Below are positions 47,848 through 59,424 of a stretch of 64,000 nucleotides of DNA, one piece after another. The stretch comes from Selaginella moellendorffii. Its lineage: Eukaryota > Plantae > Lycopodiophyta. Numbering within the stretch: the stretch's first letter is position 1; every line of letters starts with the position of its first letter. The notes below the pieces were generated by a model. It was given only the letters and a program-made list of their open reading frames with translations, ran no database searches and was not told where the DNA came from. The DNA is taken from assembly GCF_000143415.4 (NCBI RefSeq), contig NW_003314262.1, forward strand, positions 4,710,389-4,774,388, in the 5' to 3' direction. A program made the translations under genes and the position numbers.

Positions 47848-50440
47848 CTATGGTCGAAACGAGTAAACATCGATCCTGGTATCGTCTCCAGCGGCGTAAA
47901 GGACGTTCTTTGCGGTGGACCATTTCAGATCATGGTACATTCCAACATGGCGGCCATCCGGGAAGAGCTGCGCGAGTCGGGCGGAGGGCCGAGGCATGAA
48001 GAAGTCCGCAAAGTAAAGCCCACGAAGAGTGCTTATCGCGGCGGTCCCCGTGCCTGGCTTTAAAGCTAGCTTGAGAATGCCACTGTCGTCGATTTGCATG
48101 GACGAGACGGGAACGCTCGAAGCCTGGAAAAACCAAACGTATGAGCTATGCCGAGAACGAGGAACTAGCAGCAACGCTTACCTGGTTTGACAGCGTCCGG
48201 TAGTCCCAGCGGTGGATAAACTTGTCCATGCTCGCAGAGACGATCATGTTTGCGTCGGTTGCATCCAGGCACGTAATCATCGCGTCGTGGGCTTGCAACC
48301 GGCCTGTGCTTCGCAGAGCTCCAAACATACCTGTGAAAGGCTCGTCAAAGAAGCACGCTTGAGACGAGAGAAAAGAATGTCTCGTACCTGTACAGCGATC
48401 GGCACGACGGTCCCAGACGCGGATTGTGCAGTCTCTCGAGGCCGACATGAATATGTTTGGGTTTGGAGGGAATAGAGATAAGCAAGTTATCAGGTCCTGA
48501 TAAAAAAGAAACACAACTTAGAAACCGTAAGTGCGAGTTGAGATCTACCTCATGCTCCACGTACTGCCTTAGAGGCTTCAAATTCGTGAAGGAAGTTGAG
48601 GACTGAAGATCGTAGTAGCAGACCTTTTGCTCACAAACATCACTTGGTCCTGATTTTGTGGTTTCTCCCGTAATAAAAGACGGCTCCAGGGCTCCTAATG
48701 CCTGTTGGAACAAGTCAGCAGATTTATAAGAGAATGAAATACCAAAGTACCTTAATGCACGCTATCAAAGTTGTCGTTTCTCTTGGAAGACATCCTTTCT
48801 CTTTCCAGCCTAGTCCCCCTATTCCTCCGGCTCCATAGCGAAAAATGCACGGAGGAGGTAATCTTCGGTTTGGAAGTGCACCCTCTCTTGCAACACCACA
48901 AACAAGGAGCGACTGGGAGGATACTTGAACGTCCATGGAGCACGCATAGTGGTGCGGCATTTCGATATGATTCAAAAGCTGCAGTGACAAACAGCGTAAG
49001 TTTATACGATCAGAAACAAGTGCAAAAGGTGAGTATACTTGTCCGTCACAAGACCAAACAATGAGGGACCCGTCTTTGGCACCAGTCAGTAGCTGGTCTC
49101 GCCTGCTGTCTAGTGATGTACACACTTAGTAATTGCACAAAGATGATGACCTTACCATAAGCCATGGTGAAAACAGTGGTTTTGTGTCCATGAAAGGAGT
49201 CCACAGCATGAAGTCCTGAAACTATATTCAAGAGATTATAACAAGAACTTTTAAGTGCTCTTACCTGACTGTGTCACTGGAGTTTCATGGACCGGCCTCG
49301 GCGAAGTCACAACCGAGGTAGGACTGAGATTCCATCCCATGCTTTCCTCAATGTAATTTATGTCGTATCTGTCACAGAAAACGTTGCTAAAGTCAGAAAA
49401 GTTTGTACGTTCCCTCCATGCCTTACACAAAATGCCCCTCGGTGACGTTGTGAACAGCAGCCCGCAAGTCCGAGAGTGTCGTAAGATCACACTTCTCATT
49501 CAGCTAGAACAAAAGGAAAGAAATGTTAAAACCTGGATTTCTCATATGTTAATTCTACCTGTTGTAGGCAAAGCTCCACAGTCTTCCCCAACATTGTTAC
49601 CGCTGCACATCGGGTCTCTTGCTTGCGAAGAAGTTGAACGATGGATTGAACAGCTCCTGGGAACCAAGAAAGCATACAGAGTTAGCCACATGCAGTTGGA
49701 TGCTAGCTCGGTCAGAAGTACCAACGAGAGGGACAAACTCCATTTGAACTATAGAAGCAAATGCTTCAGCGTAGGAGAAGAACTCCATTCGACTCGCATC
49801 GATGGATCGCTTCAAGGTGAGGTGCTTCAAAACCTTGAGTAAAAAGAGATCAAGCCCCGCCAGCCAAACAATTTAGCAGAAAAATACCTTTGGGATGAAT
49901 GTCTCTTTCATCCTCACTATCAAACGCTCTGGTAGCCTGGAATAAAAAAGCCCGAGAGAACAGTAAGAAAAAGAGAAACAAGTTGAGACACCGAAGAACC
50001 TTGGAAACAGTAGCATGTATGGCACCACGGATTCTTGGCGCATCACCATTTCCCGGCTAAAGACTACATCTTCAAAGGCTCCAATCAATTCGTCAAAGAC
50101 CTGTGAAGAAAAGTGAGTTTTCTTCTCTCTTTCGTATCATCTTCTCGAAAAGGAAGAAAAGCTTACCAGTTCTGATGATTCTAGCTCCGTGAGCACAAGC
50201 GTGATCTCAGAAGCGACGCGATCCAGCTCGCTGGAATCTTTGAGCCGTAATATCAGCGGCGTGAAGAGCTTCTTGAGATCCCGGGTCTTGACGTGATCGG
50301 TGAGGAGCCTGGCCATGAGAAAAATCCATTGTAGGATCGCTTGGAGCGCGAGAAGAGAGCGCCTACCTGAGCGTCTTGAAGAGCTCCGTCGCGAGGGGGA
50401 TCTCATCGGGGCCGACCTCCACCTCGATGAAGAGCTTCAT
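47848..50440 (-). CDS. WD40-repeat protein with helical N-terminal region, multi-exon
   Basis: Starts MKLFIEVEVGPDE; WD repeats GHKTTVF..LLTGAKDGSLIVWS, FMSASRDCTIRVWD, IVSASMDKFIHRWD. Confidence 0.8.
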
Positions 50441-50503
50441 GCTCTTCGCAAGAAAGTGAGGAGCCCAAAGCCCTAAATAAAATAATGTGAGGATTTAGGG
50501 TTT

Positions 50504-52153
50504 ATGCGATCGCCAATGCGCGGGCTATGGGCGGGCGGAGGCGCCGCGATCGCCAATGCGCGCGCCAGGTATCTCTCCAAAATCGCAATGTCGCATCGCC
50601 CGCTCCCCCCGGCAGAGATTGAGCGCCTGGCCGAGATAATCCTGCGACAGGTGGTGGATTCCAAGCGAGCCGGGGAAGGAATCGAGAAATCCCTGGGTCT
50701 GTATGGCGATATTCTAGTCCCTGACCTCGTCGGCAAGGTGATCCACCGGATTCCGGATCCAAACACCGCCTGGGAGGTGTTCCAGTGGGCCGGGAAGCAA
50801 TCCAAGTTCACGCACAACAGGTTTACTTGCAACAATCTCCTCAGCGTCTACGTGAAGGCCCGGCGCGTCGAGGACGCGCATCTCTTCTTCCAGAGCCACA
50901 TGAAGAACGTCTTCGAGCCGGACGAGGTGTCTTACAACACGCTCATGAATGGTTTCTTCAAGGCTGGCGACGTGAAGAAGGCGCTGGCGCTGTTTGGAGA
51001 GATGAAGGACTCCGGCATTGCGGTCCTGAGGTCTCACAACATTGTTCTTCGAGGGCTGTGCTCCGGGGGGAAGATCTCCATGGCCTGGGAGGTTTTCAAG
51101 GACATGAGTGGGATTTTCTCCCCGAACCTCATCTCGTACACCATCATGATCGATGGCCTTTGCAAGAGCCGCAAGGTGGACAAGGCCATCACGCTCTTCA
51201 AGCAGATGGTGGACAAGGCTATCTATCCGGACGTGGTCACGTATGGTGCTCTGATCGATGGGCTTGGCAAGCAGCGCCGGGTAAAGGAAGCTTATGACTT
51301 GTTCGAGGAGGCCAGAGCGAAAGGATGCCACCCGACTGTGGTGACTTACAACACCATGATCGACGGGCTTTGCAAGTGTGGAAGGATTGAGAACGCTTTG
51401 ACGCTCTACGACGACATGGTGAGAGAGCCACACTTGAAGCCGGACATGTTCACGTATAGCGCTCTCATAAACGGTCTCAACTTATCCAACAGAGGGGAGA
51501 AGGCTTACGAGCTGTATGAAGAAATGCTGGACACCGGCTGCTCGCCCGACGTTGTAACTTACAACACTCTCCTGGACGGGCTCTGTAAGTCGGGTTGCGA
51601 GGACAAGGCGATGGAGATTTTCAGGAAGATGGGAGTTGGGAACGTTTGCGATCCCAACGTGATCACCTACACAGTTCTCATCGACAGGTTTTGCAAAGTG
51701 GATCGGCTGGGAGATGCTGTGAAGCTGGCGAAAGAGATGGAGGGCAGATCTCTCCTCCCGGACGCCGTCACGTTCACGACGGTGATCCAGAAGCTGTGCA
51801 AGGAGTCGAGAATCGACGAGGCTCACGAGCTGTTTGAGAGCATCGGAAAGACTTGCAAGCCGGACTCGGTGCTCTTCAACACGATGCTTGCTGGCTACTG
51901 CAAGATAACGAGGATCGACGACGCAAAGAAGCTGCACGACCGAATGCTCGACAGTGGCTGCGCTCCGACGCTCGCAACATACACAGCTCTCGTCACTGGG
52001 TTCTGCCGCACTGGGAGATACAGCGATGCCTTGATCATGTATCACGAGATGATCGAGATGGGATTTCCACCGGAGAGACATCTAGCTGAGCTGGTCGATC
52101 GGACTAGGACGGATCATCCCCCTCCTCGTCGTCCATACTTCGTGACAACTTGA
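50504..52153 (+). CDS. P-class pentatricopeptide repeat protein 1
   Basis: Tandem 35-aa repeats (PDVVTYNTLLDGLCKSG...). Confidence 0.95.
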   Translation: MRSPMRGLWAGGGAAIANARARYLSKIAMSHRPLPPAEIERLAEIILRQVVDSKRAGEGIEKSLGLYGDILVPDLVGKVIHRIPDPNTAWEVFQWAGKQSKFTHNRFTCNNLLSVYVKARRVEDAHLFFQSHMKNVFEPDEVSYNTLMNGFFKAGDVKKALALFGEMKDSGIAVLRSHNIVLRGLCSGGKISMAWEVFKDMSGIFSPNLISYTIMIDGLCKSRKVDKAITLFKQMVDKAIYPDVVTYGALIDGLGKQRRVKEAYDLFEEARAKGCHPTVVTYNTMIDGLCKCGRIENALTLYDDMVREPHLKPDMFTYSALINGLNLSNRGEKAYELYEEMLDTGCSPDVVTYNTLLDGLCKSGCEDKAMEIFRKMGVGNVCDPNVITYTVLIDRFCKVDRLGDAVKLAKEMEGRSLLPDAVTFTTVIQKLCKESRIDEAHELFESIGKTCKPDSVLFNTMLAGYCKITRIDDAKKLHDRMLDSGCAPTLATYTALVTGFCRTGRYSDALIMYHEMIEMGFPPERHLAELVDRTRTDHPPPRRPYFVTT

Positions 52154-52183
52154 AAAGAACGAGCTCACGCAAAGGTATGAACG

Positions 52184-52381
52184 ATGCTTCCGGAGGTGGT
52201 GGTTATTTTCGAGATCCTGGCCAGACTACCGCTGGAAGAAGTGCTGCGGCTGAGGTCCGTGTGTAGATCCTGGAAGGCTGCCACAAGCGACCAGCTCTTC
52301 ACCTCCAGGCATGAAAAGTTCCAGAGAAGGGCGCCATGGCTCCGAAGAGGGTACGTTTTTTTTGGATCCGCGCAAGCATAA
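52184..52381 (+). pseudogene. F-box fragment
   Basis: LPEVVVIFEILARLPLEEVLRLRSVCRSWK followed by an early stop. Confidence 0.7.
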
Positions 52382-52705
52382 AAAGGCAAGGAAGCTCTTC
52401 ACTGCCCAGCAAATCCCGAGGGAGTTCTTGTTGGAGCCAGGCGTGCTTTGCTACGCTACAACCACGGTCCATTACCGTCGACCTGGTGGTGTGGACTCCT
52501 CACGAAACAGTGCCGCCAGATCCCAACCTTCTACCCGGTGCCGTTTGTCACCATGGTTTTGCGTGAGGCTTCTCAGTTGTTTGGAAACTGCTCTATAGAG
52601 CCGATCCCGGGTTCGAACCCATGAAGGACCCCATTTTTTTTTCGCTGAGATTCGACCGTGTCACGTCTTCGTACTTCGAAATAACTTCTATGATTCAAAT
52701 AGCAT

Positions 52706-52980
52706 TTTTAGGGTTTATGGGATCGGGCAGAGGATCGCCAATGCGCCAGGTATCTCTCCATCGGCTGCTAGAGCCAGGCCGAGATAATCGCCATTGAGAA
52801 ATCTCTGTTTCTACATGGCGAAATTCTTGTCCTCGGGAGCCTGGGAAAGTCGAACAGGTTTTTGCCTGCAACGATCTCCATCGACGTTAGCATCCAGGAT
52901 GCCCATTTCCTCTTCCGGAGCCATATGAGGGACGTCCACGGACGCATTCCTCCTCGTCGTCGGAGCTTCGTTACTGCTTT
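52706..52980 (+). pseudogene. Collapsed remnant of a duplicate of PPR gene 1 (5' end fused to 3' end)
   Basis: Colinear similarity to 50494-50905, followed by CCTCCTCGTCGTC..CTTCGT matching 52120-52143. Confidence 0.65.
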
Positions 52981-52997
52981 AACAGGCCCAAGATGCA

Positions 52998-55268
52998 GTG
53001 GAATATGCGAATGCGCGAGTCCATAGCTCGTGGTGGCTATGGCGGATGGTTGTGGTATGGCGACAGTTGGTCCGACTGTTTTCTTCTCCCGCTCGGAGCC
53101 TGGAGCGACGTTTGGTTGCGGCACTACAGGAAGGGAAGCTGCTGGACGAGGCTCTGGGGAGAAGGGGAGGATTGGATGGCTCTCTGGTGGCCTCGGTGAT
53201 GAAAAGTGTTGATCCAGACTCCGCGAAGCATTTCTTCCACTGGGCGAAGCAGCAAGTGGGCTTTTCACACACTCTGGATACGTGCAATGCGCTGCTGGAA
53301 GCTACTGTTCGAGCGGGGAGGATCGGAGAGGCAAGAGAACTGCTAGAGGCCGACTTCAAGGCAGTGCTCAAGAATGTTGTCACATACAACATCTTGATCC
53401 GCGGCTTGTGCTCTGGTGGCGATGCTGCTGGGGCCTTGGAGCTGTTCCACCGGATGAGGAACTCGGGTGTTCGTGAGAACTCACAGACGTATCTGAGCTT
53501 GCTCCAGGGGCTGTGCTCGGCAGGAATGCTCTCGGCGGCATGGAAGTGCTATAGAGATATGTGGGACTTCTCTACGCACTTGGACGTCGTGGTGGTCACA
53601 ACGTTTCTACACTGCTTGTGTAGAGCAGGATTCGTGGACTCCGGGCTGGAAGTTGTGAAGCAGCTAGAGGCAGAGACGAAATGCATGCCGACTATGGTGA
53701 CTTACAATGTTCTTATCAACGGGCTGTGCAAGGCTGGGAGAGTTTGTGATGCCTTCACTGCCTTTAGAAAGGCGATCCAGTTCGGGTTTCGGCCAACAGT
53801 CGTCACGTACAGCACTGTCATCGACGGGCTTTGTAGAGACAACGAGGTTGACAAAGGTTGCAAACTCCTGGAAGAGATGGCAGGACGAGGCTGTGCCCCC
53901 AATGCGGTCACCTACAATACTTTGGTGAATGCTCTCCTCGGCCAGGGTCGTGCAAAGGAAGCGTTCTCTCTTCTCGAACGGATGGCAGCAAACGGATGTC
54001 CTCCGGAGCTGATTACTTTCGGCTTGATCATCAAAGGCCTCTGCAAAGAAGGAGAGATCGAAGCAGCTTTTAGGGTGGTGGATGAGATGGTGGACAGAGG
54101 CTTCGTTCCAGACGTGGAGATTCACACGGTTTTGCTGCATGCTCTGTGCGAGCTAGGCCGAGTGGATGAGGCGTGGTTCTTCTTCCAACAGGTACTGCTG
54201 ATCGGTTTCACTCCGGACGCGGTCACTTACAACACAATGGTCGATGGACTCTACAAAGCAGGGAGGCTAGAGGCAGCTGGAATGGTATTGCAACTTCTGG
54301 CCGAGAGCTTCTCGTCTCCGACTGTTTTCACGTTCACCATCGCGGTGGACGGTCTGTCCAAGGCAGGAAACTTGACCGGGGCTTATGAATTCTTCGACTC
54401 GATGCCACAAACGGGAGTTTCTCCAAATACTGTGACTTACGACGCTCTCATCGACGGCCTTTGCAAAGCAGGAAAGCTCGACATAGCGCTTGGCCTCTTA
54501 AGAGACAAAAACTCGCAGGCAGGCATGTTTGCGTTTAGCTCTCTCCTTCACGGGTTATGCCAGGCTCACAGGCTCGAGGAAGCGATCCAGCTGCTCAAAG
54601 CCATGCCTTGCGTGCCGAACGTGGTCTGCTTCAACTCGCTGATGAACGGGCTGTGCCAGGCTCGCAGAGTTGACGAGGCATTCGAGCTTTTTGACGTGAT
54701 GAAGGAGTCCGGGTGCTCGGCCGACGTGATCACTTACAACATCTTGCTGAAGGGACTGTGCAAGCTGCGGAGGATTCCAGAAGCTTACAGGCATGTCGAG
54801 CTCATGCGGCGGACGGAAGGCTGCTCTCCCAACGTGGTCACTTTCAGCACTCTCATCCAGGGACTTTGCAACGCTGGGCGAGTGAACCAGGCCTGGGAAG
54901 TCTACGAGAGGATGGTGGCGGTGGAGGGGATCTCTCCTAACAGGTTCACGTACGCGTTCCTGCTGGAAGGACTTTGCAAAGCCGGTGACAGCCGGAGACT
55001 CGAGCAGTGTTTCGAGCAAATGCTCGAAAGAGAGTGGAGGAGCTCATCCTCATGGCCGATTCATTCACCTGAAGTGGACTTCCTCGTCTCCGGGTTTGCG
55101 AGAAACGGGAGAGCTCTCCTGGCTTACGGGATGGCGAAGCTGATGATGGAAAGAGGATTCGTGCCGGGTGCTGCTACGTGCCGTGCGGTGCTTGACGGGC
55201 TCTGGACAGCAGGAGCCGCCAGAGAACACCGGGAATTCGCCTCGCACCTCTTGAGCTCACAGGTTTGA
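52998..55268 (+). CDS. P-class pentatricopeptide repeat protein 2
   Basis: 756-aa ORF with many PPR motifs. Confidence 0.95.
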   Translation: MEYANARVHSSWWLWRMVVVWRQLVRLFSSPARSLERRLVAALQEGKLLDEALGRRGGLDGSLVASVMKSVDPDSAKHFFHWAKQQVGFSHTLDTCNALLEATVRAGRIGEARELLEADFKAVLKNVVTYNILIRGLCSGGDAAGALELFHRMRNSGVRENSQTYLSLLQGLCSAGMLSAAWKCYRDMWDFSTHLDVVVVTTFLHCLCRAGFVDSGLEVVKQLEAETKCMPTMVTYNVLINGLCKAGRVCDAFTAFRKAIQFGFRPTVVTYSTVIDGLCRDNEVDKGCKLLEEMAGRGCAPNAVTYNTLVNALLGQGRAKEAFSLLERMAANGCPPELITFGLIIKGLCKEGEIEAAFRVVDEMVDRGFVPDVEIHTVLLHALCELGRVDEAWFFFQQVLLIGFTPDAVTYNTMVDGLYKAGRLEAAGMVLQLLAESFSSPTVFTFTIAVDGLSKAGNLTGAYEFFDSMPQTGVSPNTVTYDALIDGLCKAGKLDIALGLLRDKNSQAGMFAFSSLLHGLCQAHRLEEAIQLLKAMPCVPNVVCFNSLMNGLCQARRVDEAFELFDVMKESGCSADVITYNILLKGLCKLRRIPEAYRHVELMRRTEGCSPNVVTFSTLIQGLCNAGRVNQAWEVYERMVAVEGISPNRFTYAFLLEGLCKAGDSRRLEQCFEQMLEREWRSSSSWPIHSPEVDFLVSGFARNGRALLAYGMAKLMMERGFVPGAATCRAVLDGLWTAGAAREHREFASHLLSSQV

Positions 55269-55425
55269 TCATTCTCGCATCGAAAGATACTGATTGGAGT
55301 GCTTTTGCAGTGAAAAAATCTCTTTTTTTCCGCTCATTTTTCTCGAAGCACAAGTAAGAACACTTCCATGGTTTATTTTTCCTTGTTCTTGATGTATGTT
55401 TCTCAGGGTTTAGGGTTTAAGGCGC

Positions 55426-57285
55426 GTGGCATGGACAATGATCTTCTCCCGCCTGCATTTTGCTGTCTCTAAATGGAGATGGTTCTCTAAGTTGCGACCC
55501 CATTTCCAGCAACCAAGGAGTAGTAGACTTCCTTTCGCGATCGCAGGGGTGAGAAAATCACACACACAGCCCTTGAGTGGCCTTTGCAGCAGCAGTACCA
55601 GTAACAGCAGCAGCAAGCCGAAGAAGGAGACACTGTTCGCGATCTCCATCGCTGAGACAGTTTCCAGGTCGGGCACTTCGATGGAGAGCATAGAGGCGGC
55701 GCTGAGATGGTTCCAAGGTACTCCCAGCAACAGCTTGGTGGGAGTGGTGCTCAAGAACATCCAGGAGCCGGACAGTGCGTGGTTCTTCTTCCAGTGGGCG
55801 AGGAGGAAGGCCGGTTTCAGGCACAACACTTACACCTGGAACGTCCTGCTGAGCGTGTTCGTGAGGGAAAAGAGGCACGCCGAGGCGAGGCAGATGATGG
55901 ACGAGCAGATGCTCCACGACTGCTTTCCGGACGTGGTGACTTTCACCACGCTCATGACGGGTTACTCGAGAGCCGGGGAGATGCGAGCTTGTGTGGAACT
56001 TATGGAGGAGTACCGGGCCAGGAACACGGACAAGCCCCCGACTGCTCAGATGTACAACGTCCTGCTCAATGGTTTCTTCAACGCGGGGATGTTTGGAGAG
56101 GCTCTGGTCCAGTTCGAGAAGATGGTGCAAGTGTGCCGGCCGACGCTGGTGACTTACAACACGCTGGTTACGGGGCTGTCCAAGTCGGGCATGGTGAGAG
56201 ACGCGCTCGGGCTGCTCGAGTTCATGATCGAGTCGGGGCTGTCACCGGACGTGATCACTTTCAACTCGGTGCTCGACGGGCTGTGCAAGGAGCAGCGGAT
56301 ACTCGACGCGCACAACGTTTTCAAGCGGGCTCTGGAGAGGGGGTGCCGGCCGAACGTTGTCACTTACAGCACCTTGATCGACGGGCTGTCGAAGATGGCG
56401 AAGATGGACGAGGCGTTGCAGCTCCTGGCGAAGATGGTGGAGCTGGGGTGCCGCGCAAACACGGTGACTTACTCCACGGTCGTGGACGGGCTGCTCAAAG
56501 TCGGGAGAATGGAGGACGCGGTCGTGGTTCTCAGGCAGATGAGGGACGCCGGGTGCTTGCCGGACGCGGTGACTTACAACACTCTCATCGATGGATTCTT
56601 CAAGCGGCAGAGGCTGCGAGAGGCCGTCGGTTTGCTCCGCGAGATGCTCGAGGCCGGGTTCCATCCCAGCGTTGTGACTTACACCACGCTGTGCCACGGG
56701 CTTTGCCGGAGCGGCCGCTTCGACGAGGCTGTGGAGATCCTCGACTATATGGCTGCTCGAGGCTGCGCTCCCAACGCCATCACTTACAGCTCCATCGTCG
56801 ACGGCCTGTGCAAGGCCGGGAGAGTCACCGAGGCGCTGGGATACTTCGAAAAGATGGCGCGGGACGAGGTGGTGGCTCCTCACGTCATAGCTTACTCGGC
56901 GCTCATCGACGGGCTTTGCAAAGCCGGCAGGATCGACGAGGCGTACGAGTTTCTCGAGAGGATGATCCGAGCGGGCCGGATCCCGGACGTGGTGACTTTC
57001 AGCATTCTCATCAATGGGCTGTGCGACGCCGGGCGGATCGACACGGGGCTGGAGCTCTTCTGTGGCATGGCCGAGCGAGGCTGCGTCCCGGACATGGTGA
57101 CTTACGCTACTCTCGTCGACAGGCTTTGCCGAGCTAGCAGAGTAGACGAAGCTTTCGATCTCTTCCAGCAAATGAGGAGCCATGGATTGTCGCCGGATAG
57201 ATCGACTCGGAGAACTATGATCCATGGCCTTCTCGAGGTGAACAGGGACGAAGACGCGAAGAGAATCCAAGACGAAGAGAACTAG
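55426..57285 (+). CDS. P-class pentatricopeptide repeat protein 3
   Basis: 619-aa ORF with PPR motifs; start approximate. Confidence 0.95.
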   Translation: MAWTMIFSRLHFAVSKWRWFSKLRPHFQQPRSSRLPFAIAGVRKSHTQPLSGLCSSSTSNSSSKPKKETLFAISIAETVSRSGTSMESIEAALRWFQGTPSNSLVGVVLKNIQEPDSAWFFFQWARRKAGFRHNTYTWNVLLSVFVREKRHAEARQMMDEQMLHDCFPDVVTFTTLMTGYSRAGEMRACVELMEEYRARNTDKPPTAQMYNVLLNGFFNAGMFGEALVQFEKMVQVCRPTLVTYNTLVTGLSKSGMVRDALGLLEFMIESGLSPDVITFNSVLDGLCKEQRILDAHNVFKRALERGCRPNVVTYSTLIDGLSKMAKMDEALQLLAKMVELGCRANTVTYSTVVDGLLKVGRMEDAVVVLRQMRDAGCLPDAVTYNTLIDGFFKRQRLREAVGLLREMLEAGFHPSVVTYTTLCHGLCRSGRFDEAVEILDYMAARGCAPNAITYSSIVDGLCKAGRVTEALGYFEKMARDEVVAPHVIAYSALIDGLCKAGRIDEAYEFLERMIRAGRIPDVVTFSILINGLCDAGRIDTGLELFCGMAERGCVPDMVTYATLVDRLCRASRVDEAFDLFQQMRSHGLSPDRSTRRTMIHGLLEVNRDEDAKRIQDEEN

Positions 57286-57447
57286 ATAGCGGGAACTCCT
57301 GATTACGACGAAAACAGTTATAAGATCGCGGGTTCGAATCCGGGCATCGACAATGGTAAGATCGCGCATTCGAACAAATCATCGTGTCGGAGTTTCGATT
57401 CCTGTCAGCGACGGTATGGTTTTTAGGGTTCTTGGTTTTAAGCTCCA

Positions 57448-59424
57448 ATGATCCGGCAATGGCGGCAATGCCGCTCGCCATTCCGTGTCTCCTACCCGTA
57501 TTCCAATCCGGGCCACGTCCAGTCCCTGCTCGGCATCCTCGACAATGCGCCCGGCAGCAGCGGCGGCAGCGATCTCGCGGCGCTCCTCAACTCGAGGTAC
57601 GATCCCGGCGTTGTCATCACCAAGGACACGCTGCGTGTCGTCCTTCGCGAGGTGAAATCCGCGGAGCTTGCGAAGCAGCTCTTTGATTGGGCTGCTACCA
57701 GGCCGCACTTCAGCCACAACAATCTCACTCGCAATGCGCTGCTCTTCGCGACGATTCGGGGGGGACAGATCGAGCAGGCCCGCGAGATTTTTAAGGGCAT
57801 TGTTGAGAAGAAGGCCGATATCTATGCGTACAATGCCATGATCAATGCCTACTGCTTGAAAGGAGAGTTTTCCGCGGCCTATGCGTTGCTGGAAGAGATG
57901 AAAACGCACGGGATTGCCAAGAACACCGTCACACACGGGATAGTGATCAAGGCGCTCTGTGGCAATGACCGGATAGACGAGGCTGTGAGTTACTTTCACT
58001 CCATTCCCGAGGACTGTCGGGACGAGATCTCGTATAACACTTTGATCACTAGCCTGGTGGCTTCCAGGCGGTCCGAGCAGGCCTTGGAGCTTCTTCGGGC
58101 GATGGTAGCCGATGGAGGAAGCCCGGATGCTTGCAACTACATGACCGTGATGGATGGGCTCTTCAAAGCTGGCTCTCCAGAGGTGGCGGCGAAGTTATTA
58201 CAGGAGATGCGCTCCAGGGGCCACTCGCCAGACTTGAGAACGTACACCATCATGATCTCGGGGCTGTCCAAGGCCAAGCAGTTGCCACTGGCTTGCGACT
58301 ACTTTGAGGAGATGCTACGCAAGAATCTCAAGCCGGACGCCATCGTATACTCGAGCTTGATAGATGCGTTTTGCAAGGCCGACAAGGTGGACGACGCATG
58401 GAAGCTTTTGCGTTCTAGTGGGATCGAGCCAACCATAACCATGTACAGCACGATGGTCGACTCGCTCTGCAAGAACAGGGGGACGGACAAGGCTCTCGAG
58501 GTCATCCGGGAGATGAAGAGCAAGAACTGCGAACCGGGGATCCACATATGGACGTCGCTGGCGACGGCTTATGTGGCCGAAGGACGGGTGGACGAGGCTG
58601 TGAAGCTTGTGAATGACCTCCAGTGTGATCCGGACGTGATCTTCTACAGCAGGCTCATTGGCGTGCTCTACGACACCGGCAGAAGCGACGAGGCTCTCAA
58701 CATCTTCAACACCATGGTCGAGAAAGGCCTCGCTCCAGACGGTCAGACTTACTCGACGATCGTCCACTGCTTCTGCAAGCAAGGCAACATGCGGGCCGCG
58801 TCGAAGTTCGCTGCGCTGATGCACGGGACTGGCGTGAAGATGGAGCCTATCGTCTATGGCATGCTCATGGACGGCTACTTCCGGGAGTGCAACATGGAGG
58901 AGGCTCTCAAAACTTACGAGGTGATGCTCTCCAAAGGCGTGCGTCCCAATCCAGTGATCTACAACATTCTGGTCGGCGGGCTTTGCAAGATGGGGAGGCT
59001 GGAGCATGCCACCGAGGTCTTCCGGGAGATGCAAGAGAAGGATGGCATCGTTCCCTCCGCCAAGAGTTACAGCATTCTCATTCACGGAGCTGCAAAGGCG
59101 AGGGAGGTGGAAAAGGTGCTGGATCTTCTGACGGAGATGATCGACAACGGCGTCATTCCAAACCACATGACTTACACGAGCGTCATCTCCGCTCTCGGCA
59201 AGGCTGGCCGCCTGAGCGAGGCGAAGGATGTGTTCCAGGACATGGTGAAGATGGGCCTGGTGCAAGACGCTCCTGCGTATGGTGCTCTCATCAACGAGCT
59301 TTGCAAGAGGTCGAGCTTGGGCGAGGCATGGGACTTGCTTCAGGACATGATGGACAGTGGCTGCGCGCCGGACAAGAAGGTCTACAAGTCATTTTACCGG
59401 GCAGTGAGCAAGAGGGAGCAGTGA
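57448..59424 (+). CDS. P-class pentatricopeptide repeat protein 4
   Basis: 658-aa ORF with PPR motifs. Confidence 0.95.
   Translation: MIRQWRQCRSPFRVSYPYSNPGHVQSLLGILDNAPGSSGGSDLAALLNSRYDPGVVITKDTLRVVLREVKSAELAKQLFDWAATRPHFSHNNLTRNALLFATIRGGQIEQAREIFKGIVEKKADIYAYNAMINAYCLKGEFSAAYALLEEMKTHGIAKNTVTHGIVIKALCGNDRIDEAVSYFHSIPEDCRDEISYNTLITSLVASRRSEQALELLRAMVADGGSPDACNYMTVMDGLFKAGSPEVAAKLLQEMRSRGHSPDLRTYTIMISGLSKAKQLPLACDYFEEMLRKNLKPDAIVYSSLIDAFCKADKVDDAWKLLRSSGIEPTITMYSTMVDSLCKNRGTDKALEVIREMKSKNCEPGIHIWTSLATAYVAEGRVDEAVKLVNDLQCDPDVIFYSRLIGVLYDTGRSDEALNIFNTMVEKGLAPDGQTYSTIVHCFCKQGNMRAASKFAALMHGTGVKMEPIVYGMLMDGYFRECNMEEALKTYEVMLSKGVRPNPVIYNILVGGLCKMGRLEHATEVFREMQEKDGIVPSAKSYSILIHGAAKAREVEKVLDLLTEMIDNGVIPNHMTYTSVISALGKAGRLSEAKDVFQDMVKMGLVQDAPAYGALINELCKRSSLGEAWDLLQDMMDSGCAPDKKVYKSFYRAVSKREQ

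Noticed and set aside
57326-57348. GGGTTCGAATCC T-loop/B-box-like motif (also GGGTTCGAACCC at ~52609)
   Set aside because: No acceptor stem, D arm or anticodon arm could be folded, so no tRNA was called.
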